Below, in pieces: positions 45,568-54,639 of a stretch of 64,000 bases of DNA (its first letter is position 1; each line of letters opens with the position of its first letter). A program made the position numbers and the translations under genes. This DNA is from an uncultured Alphaproteobacteria bacterium. GTDB lineage: Bacteria; Pseudomonadota; Alphaproteobacteria; HIMB59; GCA-002718135. Location of the stretch: positions 44,839 through 108,838 of the forward strand of contig CACNKX010000001.1 of NCBI GenBank assembly GCA_902621165.1. Direction: 5' to 3'. The notes under the pieces are model-generated. The model was not told the origin of the DNA, searched no databases, and was given only the letters and a program-made list of their open reading frames with translations.

Positions 45568-46652
45568 AAACGAAAATTAAATATGGAGTTGTTGGAAGTG
45601 GACTAATGGGTTGTGAACATATTTCAAATATTAATCTTATAGATTCAGCTGAAGTAGTTGCCATCTCAGACAGTAATGAAAATTCAATAAATAAAGCTAA
45701 AAATCTTATCTCAAATGATATTAAAATCTATTCAAATAATAATGAAATTTTTAAAAATAATGAAGTGGATGCTTTTATTATTTCGACTCCCAATTTTACC
45801 CATCATGAAATTATTAAAGAAGCGTTAAAAACAAAAAAACATTTATTAATTGAAAAACCCTTATGTACAAAATTAGAAGATTGTCTTGAAATTAAAAAAT
45901 TATCAACTTCATATCCATCAGTAATATGGGTGGCTATGGAGTATAGGTACATGCCACCTGTTCAAAAAATGATCCAAGAAATAGATAGTAATAAAATTGG
46001 TAAGCTTAAAATGCTTTCAATTCGTGAACATAGATTTCCATTTCTCAAAAAAGTAGATGATTGGAATAGATTCCAAATAAACACCGGTGGAACATTAGTA
46101 GAAAAATGCTGTCATTTTTTTGATTTAATGCGCCTAATTACAAATAGTGAAGTTACACAAGTATATGCAAGTGGTGACCAAAGTGTAAATCATCTTAATG
46201 AAAATTATAATGGAAAAGTTCCTGATATATTGGACAATGCATTTGTAATTTTAGATTTTAAAAATGGAATAAGAAGTTCTTTAGAACTTTGTATGTTTGC
46301 AGAAAATTCAGAAATGCAAGAAGAGCTATGTGTTGTTGGAGATAAGGGTAAAATAGAAACAGGTGTGCCAGCTGATGCATCTGGAAAAAACTCTTCAGAA
46401 GTTAGAATAGGTTTAAGAAACTCTAAAAACGCAATTAAAGAATTAGTTGAGGTAGATAAAAAAATTTTATCAGCTGGGCAACATCATGGATCGACTTATT
46501 ATCAACATTTAGAATTTATTAAAGCAATTAATAATAATTTAAAACCACAAGTTTCTATAAACGATGGTCTTCATGCAGTGGCTATTGGAGAAGCAGCAGA
46601 GAAATCAATAAAAGAAAATCGTGTGGTTAAGATGAGTGAGTTTAATCGTTAA
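45564..46652 (+). CDS. Gfo/Idh/MocA-family oxidoreductase
   Basis: YGVVGSGLMGCEH and IEKPLC. ATGA overlap with the isomerase gene. Confidence 0.85.
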   Translation: MKTKIKYGVVGSGLMGCEHISNINLIDSAEVVAISDSNENSINKAKNLISNDIKIYSNNNEIFKNNEVDAFIISTPNFTHHEIIKEALKTKKHLLIEKPLCTKLEDCLEIKKLSTSYPSVIWVAMEYRYMPPVQKMIQEIDSNKIGKLKMLSIREHRFPFLKKVDDWNRFQINTGGTLVEKCCHFFDLMRLITNSEVTQVYASGDQSVNHLNENYNGKVPDILDNAFVILDFKNGIRSSLELCMFAENSEMQEELCVVGDKGKIETGVPADASGKNSSEVRIGLRNSKNAIKELVEVDKKILSAGQHHGSTYYQHLEFIKAINNNLKPQVSINDGLHAVAIGEAAEKSIKENRVVKMSEFNR

Positions 46653-47577
46653 AATTTTCAAAAAATTTATTTGTTTTATCAATTATAAAATTACTTACTC
46701 TAACGTTTGATTCAGCAGTTACACCTGCAATATGAGGTGTTAAGATGCAATTCATATCATTTGTAATGTTGTTATAAAATGCTTCATTTACTGGTTCATT
46801 TTCAAAAACATCTAATGCGAAACCAGAGATATATTTATTTTTATAAGCATCAATTAAGTCTTTCTCATTGATGACGCCACCCCTAGAAGAATTAATTATA
46901 ATTGGTTGTTTTTTCATTTTAATAAAAGCTTGTCTGTCAAATAGATACTTTGTTTCATTATTTAATGGGACATGAATAGAAATTATGTCAGCCAAATTAA
47001 GAATTTCATCAAATGAAACTTTCTTAACATTTTCTGTCTCCATTTGTTTCAAAGTTATAAAAGGATCATATGCAATACAGCTAACATCAAAAACATTTAC
47101 AAGATTTAAAACTTTTTTTGAAATATCCCCAAAACCTATTAGACCAAGAGTCTTTCCTTTAAGTTCTTTTGTAACAATTGATGTCCTTGGCCATTTTCCT
47201 TGTCGAGTTTGTTCTTTAATAATGTGAGTTTTTTTTAATAATGTAAGAGAAGAATTCACAACGTATTCTGCAACAGAGTCAGAATTCATACCTGTTGCTG
47301 GCTGAACAATGATATTATTTTTTTTACAGTATTCTGTATCTATATTATCAAGACCAACACCTAATCTTCCTATAAACTTTAAATTTGACGCATTTATTAA
47401 AATTTTCTTATCTAAACTTGTTTTATTCCTTACGATGATGCCATCAAATTTCTGAATTTCTCTTTCTAAAAAATCTTTATTTTGCCAGGCATCTTTTTTA
47501 TAAATTACATCGAATTTTTTATTTATATTTTGCAAAGATTGTGAATCTATAAATTCTGTAATTAAAATTTTTGTCAT
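46642..47577 (-). CDS. D-3-phosphoglycerate-dehydrogenase-like D-2-hydroxyacid dehydrogenase
   Basis: GKTLGLIGFGDISKKV NAD motif, INSSRGGVI, and the catalytic His context LTPHIAGVT. Confidence 0.8.
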   Translation of the reverse strand: MTKILITEFIDSQSLQNINKKFDVIYKKDAWQNKDFLEREIQKFDGIIVRNKTSLDKKILINASNLKFIGRLGVGLDNIDTEYCKKNNIIVQPATGMNSDSVAEYVVNSSLTLLKKTHIIKEQTRQGKWPRTSIVTKELKGKTLGLIGFGDISKKVLNLVNVFDVSCIAYDPFITLKQMETENVKKVSFDEILNLADIISIHVPLNNETKYLFDRQAFIKMKKQPIIINSSRGGVINEKDLIDAYKNKYISGFALDVFENEPVNEAFYNNITNDMNCILTPHIAGVTAESNVRVSNFIIDKTNKFFENFND

Positions 47578-48482
47578 TTAATTTTTCTAATTTTTAATTT
47601 TTTTAAAAACTTTTTTACGTTGTTTAAATTTGGTATTGAATATATGCCTCCAGCTTTCATGCATTTTAAAGTTGCAGTAGCTGCTGCCAATTGAATACTT
47701 TGAGAGTTTGATTTATTTAATGATAGAGCTGTTGCAAAAGCACCATGAAAAACATCTCCTGCACAATTCGTTTCAACTGTTTTTACTTTTGGAACATTAC
47801 AATGATATAATGAGTTATTTTCAACCCAATAAACACCTTTTGATCCCATAGTAACTGCAACAAATTTATTTGTTTCATTGAATATTTGAAAAAGAGCCTT
47901 TTGCATATTGATGTTTTTTTTATAAGTTTTCAAACCTTCTTCAGAAAATATAGGGTGCGAAGCTTTGTGAACAATTTCAGAAATTTTATTAGAATTTTTA
48001 AAATTATCTAGATCAGCAACACATTTAATATTTTTTTTATTGGTATTAATAGCAATATAAGAGGCCATATCTATCCATCTCATATCTATTGAATAAATAT
48101 CCCTTTTTTTAAAATTTAATTTGGGTATTTTCTTATAATCAAGTAATTTTGGATCATTGTATGCTGCTAGTAATCTTTCACCTTTTGTATCCTCAATTAC
48201 AAAGCTTTGCGAAGACTGACATTTTTTAATAAAAATTGATTTACTAGTATTAATAGAAAATTTTTTTAATTCATTTTTTAAAAAGACTGATGAATCATCA
48301 TCTCCAAATTTTCCTATGAATTTTGATTCAGAACCCAAAATTTTTGCAGTAAATGCCGATACTGCTGCTGAACCACCTAATCTTTTATCAATACCTTTAG
48401 ATAAAACTTTAATTGGTTTTTTTGGAAATTTATTAATCCTACTTATGTAATCTGTAAATATTGATCCTGCGCAAATGATCAT
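47574..48482 (-). CDS. PfkB-family carbohydrate kinase
   Basis: N-terminal GGSAAVSA (the GG motif) and C-terminal TNCAGDVFHGAFA (a variant of the DTxGAGD anion-hole motif). Confidence 0.75.
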   Translation of the reverse strand: MIICAGSIFTDYISRINKFPKKPIKVLSKGIDKRLGGSAAVSAFTAKILGSESKFIGKFGDDDSSVFLKNELKKFSINTSKSIFIKKCQSSQSFVIEDTKGERLLAAYNDPKLLDYKKIPKLNFKKRDIYSIDMRWIDMASYIAINTNKKNIKCVADLDNFKNSNKISEIVHKASHPIFSEEGLKTYKKNINMQKALFQIFNETNKFVAVTMGSKGVYWVENNSLYHCNVPKVKTVETNCAGDVFHGAFATALSLNKSNSQSIQLAAATATLKCMKAGGIYSIPNLNNVKKFLKKLKIRKIK

Positions 48483-48492
48483 AAAATATTAA

Positions 48493-49062
48493 TTAAAGGT
48501 ATTTAACTTTACCAATAAACTTTCTAAACCTATCTCTTATAGTTATAGGATTGAGTGGAATGGGATCAATTTTAACATTTCCAGAATTGATCTTTGAAAT
48601 TATTACATATGAATTATCTTTATCATCAATGGCTTTGTTCAATTCATTAACTGTTTCCTCGCCAGAACATTCAATCACATTTTTGCAGCCAGCTCCTAAT
48701 GCAACATCCTTTAAGGAAGTTTTCTCATCAGTAAATGTTCGTTGATCTCCTGTTGATCCATAAGAACCATTATCAATTATCAATAAAGTATAGTTTGATG
48801 GCGCTCTATTACCTATTGTTGCTAGGGTATTCATATTCATTAAAACTGATCCATCACCATCTATACTAATAACGTGTTTATTTTGGGACAGTGCTAAGCC
48901 TAAGCCAATAGAAGATGATAAGCCCATACTGCCTAACATATAAAAAAAATTTGGTTGATCACTAATTTTATATAATTCTTGAGATGGAAGACCTATATTA
49001 CAAATAACTAAGTTATCTTTAAGAATATTTTGTACCTTATTTAACAAATCAAAACGGTTCAT
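48493..49062 (-). CDS. comE: ThDP-dependent decarboxylase, beta subunit (sulfopyruvate/phosphonopyruvate decarboxylase ComE-type)
   Basis: ThDP/Mg motif IDGDGSVLMNMNTLATIG...LLIIDNGSYGSTGDQ. 189 aa with only the PP-binding domain. 4-nt overlap with the alpha subunit gene. Confidence 0.65.
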   Translation of the reverse strand: MNRFDLLNKVQNILKDNLVICNIGLPSQELYKISDQPNFFYMLGSMGLSSSIGLGLALSQNKHVISIDGDGSVLMNMNTLATIGNRAPSNYTLLIIDNGSYGSTGDQRTFTDEKTSLKDVALGAGCKNVIECSGEETVNELNKAIDDKDNSYVIISKINSGNVKIDPIPLNPITIRDRFRKFIGKVKYL

Positions 49063-49559
49063 TTATCATCTTTCATTAAATTGAAGTCACATAAAATAGC
49101 TACTGGTGATTCAACAACTTTGGCATGTTTGCTAAATGTTGAAATTTTATCTAATTCTTTTTCAGAAGAGCAATGCAAAATAGGTATTCTCAACGTTTGT
49201 AAAATATCTTCAGTAATCTTCGCCATTCCACCTTGCGCTCCTACTGGCTCACCAGGTGTACCCCTGTAACTAATTAAAAAAACAACAGGCATTTGATATA
49301 ATTGTAATAGAGAAACAATTGCATTCACTGAATTTCCAATCCCTGTATTCTGCATCATTATACACGGGAATTTATTTCCTAAATAAGCTCCAGCACAAAT
49401 ACCCATACCTTCTTCCTCTCTTGGTACAGCCGAATAATAAATATCTTTATCATTTTCAAGAATATCAATCATGTTGGCTAATAACTTACAAGGAACACTT
49501 AAGTAAAAATCTACTCCACCTTTTTTTAAATTATCTATGATTTTTTTACTGATTTTCAT
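49059..49559 (-). CDS. comD: ThDP-dependent decarboxylase, alpha subunit (ComD-type, pyrimidine-binding domain)
   Basis: VDFYLSVPCKLL, PREEEGMGICAGAYLG and MQNTGIGNSVNAIVSL follow ComD and the N-terminal half of phosphonopyruvate decarboxylases. 166 aa. Confidence 0.65.
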   Translation of the reverse strand: MKISKKIIDNLKKGGVDFYLSVPCKLLANMIDILENDKDIYYSAVPREEEGMGICAGAYLGNKFPCIMMQNTGIGNSVNAIVSLLQLYQMPVVFLISYRGTPGEPVGAQGGMAKITEDILQTLRIPILHCSSEKELDKISTFSKHAKVVESPVAILCDFNLMKDDK

Positions 49560-49605
49560 TTATGCGGATGTCTATAGATATAAAATTATAAAACAATAAA
49601 TTAAT

Positions 49606-50658
49606 TTATTTAAAATCATTTCTTAATTTTATTTTTGTATTTGAATTATATGTTTCGCCTACTTTTAATATAGTTGATGGAAAATTTGGTTGATTAATAG
49701 CATCTGGAAAAATTTGCGTCTCTAGACACATACCATATTGTAATCCATAATTTCGATTATGTTTGCCATGATATGAATCTTTCATCATATTACCAGTATA
49801 AAATTGTATTCCAGGTTGATCAGTCGAGTATTCAACTCCCATACCAGTAATATTACTGTAGATGGCAGCTATAGATTGATCAATAGAATGATCTTTGAGA
49901 ACATAATTGTGATCAATACCACCGCCATCTAAAAAAGATTTATTTATTTCAAATGAATTATTAAGATCATATTTCGTATTAACTACATCGAATAATTTAC
50001 CAGTAGGAATTGATCCCTCATCAGTTTCGCAAATTTGATTAGATGATATTCTTACAACATGGTCAGTAATATTTTTATAATTATCTTTATGGCCATGGAA
50101 ATTCCAATAGTTATGATTAGTCATATTAACAATAGTATCTTGATCTGTAGTAGCATTAAAGGAAATTAGAATTTCGTTATTATTATTAAGTTCGTAAATA
50201 GTTTTACAATTTAGGTTGCCTGGATAATTTTCTTCTAAATGTTTAGACTGGTAAGTGAGCTCTACTTTTATACTTTGGCTCGTTTTTTTAATATCGGCTA
50301 TTTTCCAAATCTTTTTATTGAAACCTATCTCTCCACCATGAAGATGATCAGGTTCAGTATTAGAATATAAATTATATTCTTTCCCATTAAGAGTAAATTT
50401 ACTTTGCCCTATTCTATTACAAACTCTTCCAATAATTGAATTGAAATATCCATGAGCTTCCAAGCAATCATCTAAATTACCATAACCTAATAAAACATCC
50501 TCTGTTTCAGAAACATTCGAAGAAATTGGAATACAAACTTCACTCATATAACCACCATAAGTATAAAAACTAAAACTATAATTGTTTGAGTTAATAATAT
50601 TAACTATGTCAATATCTAAGCCTTTATCATTTTGAAGTTTGGCAATTTTATATTCCAT
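49606..50658 (-). CDS. Aldose 1-epimerase (galactose-mutarotase fold)
   Basis: GRVCNRI, HLHGG, TNHNYWNF and CLETQ.FPDA motifs. 350 aa. Confidence 0.85.
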   Translation of the reverse strand: MEYKIAKLQNDKGLDIDIVNIINSNNYSFSFYTYGGYMSEVCIPISSNVSETEDVLLGYGNLDDCLEAHGYFNSIIGRVCNRIGQSKFTLNGKEYNLYSNTEPDHLHGGEIGFNKKIWKIADIKKTSQSIKVELTYQSKHLEENYPGNLNCKTIYELNNNNEILISFNATTDQDTIVNMTNHNYWNFHGHKDNYKNITDHVVRISSNQICETDEGSIPTGKLFDVVNTKYDLNNSFEINKSFLDGGGIDHNYVLKDHSIDQSIAAIYSNITGMGVEYSTDQPGIQFYTGNMMKDSYHGKHNRNYGLQYGMCLETQIFPDAINQPNFPSTILKVGETYNSNTKIKLRNDFK

Positions 50659-51557
50659 TATGTTTTCCTTAATCTTTGAAAATTATTTTTTCTTTGTTGA
50701 AGATAAATGATTAATCCACCTAAAACTATGAAAAAAGCACCTGGCAAAAGTTGATCAACTGGCCATTCTGCAAAAAATATCCAACCTAAAATAAGTGCAA
50801 AAAATATCTCGATATAATCAAATGGCATAATTTTACTAAGTTCTGCTTTTCTAGCACCATATATTAAAAGTAAAGTTCCAGATCCTCCTGCAATCCCCAT
50901 TATACAAACTACTAAGAAATCATTTATACTTTTGAAATTTTCCCACATACCAAAAAACACCACTAACATACATGCAACTATGATTGTCCCTGTTTGACCA
51001 TACAAGTTGATAAGTGGTGAAGGAACATGATCTTCAAAACTTAAGGATGTTACCCTTGCTAATGAATATCCAAAAGCAGCAAGTATAGGAAGTAATAACA
51101 TATAATTAAAGTCTGATGACCAAGGTTGCATAATTAAAACGATACCTACAAAACCAGAAATTACTGCACTCATTTTGTACCAACCAAATTTTTCACCTAA
51201 TAAAGGAATAGCAAGAAGGGTGACCATCATGGGCCCAGTGTATTCCATGGTAGCGACTAAAGCAAAAGGTAAGTAAGCATAAGAAGTATAGAGACATAAT
51301 TGAGCCAATGCTACAAATACTCCGCGGAACAATCCTAACTTCCATTGCGTTATTTTTATTTGTCTACCGTTTTGATACCAATCATGTGAAAAATATAAAG
51401 CAATAACACAAGGGATCATTCCAAATAAATTTCTAAAAACAGAAAGTTGAGCTGCTGGATATTCGTTTCGTAAAAACTTTATCGCAATCCCCATACAATC
51501 CAATAAAAACAAACCTGAAAGTGATAATATAACGGCTAAAAATAAATTATTTTTCAT
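50658..51557 (-). CDS. EamA/DMT-superfamily permease
   Basis: 299 aa, about 10 TM helices. 1-nt overlap with the mutarotase start. Confidence 0.7.
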   Translation of the reverse strand: MKNNLFLAVILSLSGLFLLDCMGIAIKFLRNEYPAAQLSVFRNLFGMIPCVIALYFSHDWYQNGRQIKITQWKLGLFRGVFVALAQLCLYTSYAYLPFALVATMEYTGPMMVTLLAIPLLGEKFGWYKMSAVISGFVGIVLIMQPWSSDFNYMLLLPILAAFGYSLARVTSLSFEDHVPSPLINLYGQTGTIIVACMLVVFFGMWENFKSINDFLVVCIMGIAGGSGTLLLIYGARKAELSKIMPFDYIEIFFALILGWIFFAEWPVDQLLPGAFFIVLGGLIIYLQQRKNNFQRLRKT

Positions 51558-51570
51558 TAATCATAATCTA

Positions 51571-52629
51571 TTATTCTAAAATAATTTCTTTTCCTACTTC
51601 ATGACTTTTATAAATTCCATCTAAAATTTTCATTACTTGTAGAGAGTGTTCAGCCGGAATAGTAACTGGTTGGTCGTTTGCAACAAACTCTGCAAACTCG
51701 ATACATTCTTTGGCATGAGGTTCAATAGTGTCTTTTAAATTTCCTTCAATTTTTTTAGTTATGTGAGTTTGAGAATTGATATCATTTTTTATAATCTCAC
51801 AATTAGGCCAATGCAAACCAGCTTCTCTTCCGTATAACCATACCTGCATATCTTCTATTTTATCTTCTGGTAGTTTATGATGAAGCATCCATGATACTTC
51901 AAGCATCAAGGTTGCACCATTTTTAAACCTAACAAATGCAGCTGCAAAATCTTCAACGTTCATTGCTTTCTTATCGTACTCACCATTGTAACTAAAAGAA
52001 TTTGGCTGCTTTGCTAATTCTGTTTTTGACACACCTGTCACAGAAAGTGGTTCTGGATTGTTCATAAACCAAAGAGTTAAATCTAATACGTGCACCCCTA
52101 TATCAATACAAGGCCCTCCTCCTGAATTTTCTTTTTTTAAAAAACCAAGTGAGACTGGTAAAAAATTTCTTCTTAGCATCCAAGAACGTGCATGATATAT
52201 CGAACCAATTGATTTGGATTGATCTTTTATTAATTGAGAATCTTTTCTAAATCTAAAGTGTTGAGCACACATTAATTTTTTTTTCTTTTGATCTCTTACT
52301 TCAATCATTTTTTTTATTTGTGAGGCATTTGGAGCTAAGGGTTTTTCACATAAAACATCTTTGCCTGCTTGCATTGCTTTAATTGCTAAATCACAATGAT
52401 AGTTATTAGGTGCACAAATATCTATTACATCTATATCTGGATCATTAATCATATCTAAGGGATCAAGATATAATTTTTTTATTTGATTTATATTGCCCCA
52501 ATCTTCAAGAATAGAATTATTTATATCGGAACCTGCTATTAATTCTGCATGTTCTGACATGCGCCAACCAGGTACATGTAACTTTGCAATACCCCCAACG
52601 CCAATAATGCCAACTTTTATTTTACTCAT
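51571..52629 (-). CDS. Gfo/Idh/MocA-family oxidoreductase
   Basis: VGIIGVGGIAKLH, CEKPLA and GGGPCIDIGVHVLD. Confidence 0.85.
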   Translation of the reverse strand: MSKIKVGIIGVGGIAKLHVPGWRMSEHAELIAGSDINNSILEDWGNINQIKKLYLDPLDMINDPDIDVIDICAPNNYHCDLAIKAMQAGKDVLCEKPLAPNASQIKKMIEVRDQKKKKLMCAQHFRFRKDSQLIKDQSKSIGSIYHARSWMLRRNFLPVSLGFLKKENSGGGPCIDIGVHVLDLTLWFMNNPEPLSVTGVSKTELAKQPNSFSYNGEYDKKAMNVEDFAAAFVRFKNGATLMLEVSWMLHHKLPEDKIEDMQVWLYGREAGLHWPNCEIIKNDINSQTHITKKIEGNLKDTIEPHAKECIEFAEFVANDQPVTIPAEHSLQVMKILDGIYKSHEVGKEIILE

Positions 52630-52644
52630 ATTTATATTTTTAAT

Positions 52645-53634
52645 TTAGATATTTATCCATTTTTTTTCTTTTTCTGATTGGTAAATTGATTCCATTATAC
52701 TACTTCTCAATGCTGCTTCTGTAGGAGTAACTAGATTTTTAGTATTGTTATCAATTAATGAATTGAGAAACAAATCAAATGCATGAGGTAATGTTTCTGG
52801 TAAATTTTCTTCTATTCTTTCTATTTTTTTACCCTCCTTATTTTCGTTTATAATTAATTGCTCATTCGTTGTTCTTGCGTGAGCTTTCGTTCCACTCACA
52901 AAAATAGTATAAGGCTGCGCTATATCTATCCATCCCGCAGCAATACTAGCTATCAACCCGCTTTTAAATTTTATTAAAGCTTCTCCACTTTCTTCACAAT
53001 CTGGATATTGATTATATACTTTTGTAAAGGTTGCGCTCACAGACTCAACATCAGAAAAAAACCATAAAAGAAGATCTAAAACATGTGTTCCTAAATCACC
53101 AAAAGCTCCGACTCCTGCAACTTTAGGATCTGTCATCCATTGATAGTTTTTGAAAATATCCCTCATAATACCATCGTGACAATTAATGAGTCGAATTCTT
53201 GAAATTTCGCCAAAATAATTAGCAGTAATTAATTGTTTAAGCTTTATGTAAACAGGGTTGCTTCTCATGAAATATCCAGTTTGAAAAATAATTTTTGAAG
53301 ACTCAATAAGATTTGCCATTTCAAAAGAGTCTTTTTTTCCTATCCCCAAAGGTTTTTCTATAAAACAGTGTTTTTTATTCTCGGTAATTTTTTTAACTAA
53401 TTCATAGTGCAAATTAGTTTCTGAACATACTATAACACCATCTAAATTAGGTTCTTTCAATAAATCAACATAGTTATCATAATTCTTACATTGCAGTTTA
53501 TCAGAGTCACTTTTTGACCTATTCTTGTCTTTGTCCCAAACACCAATACAATTAATTTTAATGTTTGAAATTACCTTAGAAATAAAATTTGGTGTATGAA
53601 TATGAGAGGTTCCAATAAATGCTATATTTTTCAT
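52645..53634 (-). CDS. Gfo/Idh/MocA-family oxidoreductase
   Basis: IAFIGTSHIHTPNF, IEKPLG and GDLGTHVLD. Confidence 0.8.
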   Translation of the reverse strand: MKNIAFIGTSHIHTPNFISKVISNIKINCIGVWDKDKNRSKSDSDKLQCKNYDNYVDLLKEPNLDGVIVCSETNLHYELVKKITENKKHCFIEKPLGIGKKDSFEMANLIESSKIIFQTGYFMRSNPVYIKLKQLITANYFGEISRIRLINCHDGIMRDIFKNYQWMTDPKVAGVGAFGDLGTHVLDLLLWFFSDVESVSATFTKVYNQYPDCEESGEALIKFKSGLIASIAAGWIDIAQPYTIFVSGTKAHARTTNEQLIINENKEGKKIERIEENLPETLPHAFDLFLNSLIDNNTKNLVTPTEAALRSSIMESIYQSEKEKKWINI

Positions 53635-53652
53635 TACATTTATAAAAACTAC

Positions 53653-54639
53653 TTATAGAGCACAACACTGATCGACCCAGTGACCTGGTTCAACTTCAAT
53701 AAGGCTCATTTTTATTTCTCCACCTTTGCAATCTACTCCAGGATTAGGACATCTGGTTTTAAACACACAACCTGGAGGTGGATTTAATGCGCTCGGAATT
53801 TCTCCCTTTAGTTCTATAGCTTCAGATCTTTTCTCTGGATCAATTGATGGAATAGAAGATAATAGTGCTTTTGTATAAGAATGTTTTGGGTTCTTAAATA
53901 ATTCTCTTGAGGGTCCCATTTCAACTATGTGCCCCAAATACATAACTGCAACAACATCACATACATGAGCTACTACACTTAAATCATGACTTATGAATAA
54001 ATAAGTTAGGTTAAGCTCGGTTTGAAGTTGTTTTAAAAGGTTTAATATATCTGCTTGTATTGATACATCTAAAGCAGCAACACTTTCGTCTGCTACTATA
54101 AATTTTGGATTACTTACTAAGGCTCTTGCAATTGATATTCTTTGTCTTTGTCCTCCAGAAAATGCATGAGGAAATCTTCTTAAATGCTCAATATTTAATC
54201 TACATTTTGAAGCAATATCTCTTACTCTTTCATCAGTTTCTTGTCTTGAGTTTGTTATTTTCATCACCTCTAAAGGCTCTGCAATAATATCCCTCACTGT
54301 CATTCTTGGACTTAGAGCAGCATAAGGATCTTGAAAAATTAATTGAGCTTTTTTTCTATATTCTTTTAAATCTTGTTTGTTCATATCTGTTAAATCATAA
54401 TCTCTTTCATCATCATGAAAAATAACATTCCCAGAACTAATTTTATTAGCTCCAAGTATTGCTCTACCAAGAGTAGTTTTTCCTGAACCAGATTCACCCA
54501 CTAAACCAAAAAAAGATCCTTTTTTAATTTTGATATTGATATTGTTTACTGCATGTATTTTTTGTTTTTTTGAAATAAAATTTTCTTGATAATCAAAATT
54601 TACTGAAACATTATTTACTGAAATTAAATTATCACCCAT
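53653..54639 (-). CDS. Dpp/Opp-type ABC transporter ATP-binding protein (DppF/OppF-like) with a Cys-rich C-terminus
   Basis: Walker A GESGSGKTT, signature FSGGQRQRISIARA, and C-terminal CVFKTRCP...C...QCC. I prefer the ATG at 54639 (MGDNLISV), an 8-nt overlap with the upstream stop. The track ORF extends to 54693. Confidence 0.88.
   Translation of the reverse strand: MGDNLISVNNVSVNFDYQENFISKKQKIHAVNNINIKIKKGSFFGLVGESGSGKTTLGRAILGANKISSGNVIFHDDERDYDLTDMNKQDLKEYRKKAQLIFQDPYAALSPRMTVRDIIAEPLEVMKITNSRQETDERVRDIASKCRLNIEHLRRFPHAFSGGQRQRISIARALVSNPKFIVADESVAALDVSIQADILNLLKQLQTELNLTYLFISHDLSVVAHVCDVVAVMYLGHIVEMGPSRELFKNPKHSYTKALLSSIPSIDPEKRSEAIELKGEIPSALNPPPGCVFKTRCPNPGVDCKGGEIKMSLIEVEPGHWVDQCCAL

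Noticed and set aside
48493-49559. Phosphonate biosynthesis (phosphonopyruvate decarboxylase) as the role of the split ThDP enzyme
   Set aside because: No PEP phosphomutase, AEP transaminase or other phosphonate genes occur anywhere in the window. The operon partners are sugar-type enzymes. This reading is not excluded biochemically, only unsupported by context.
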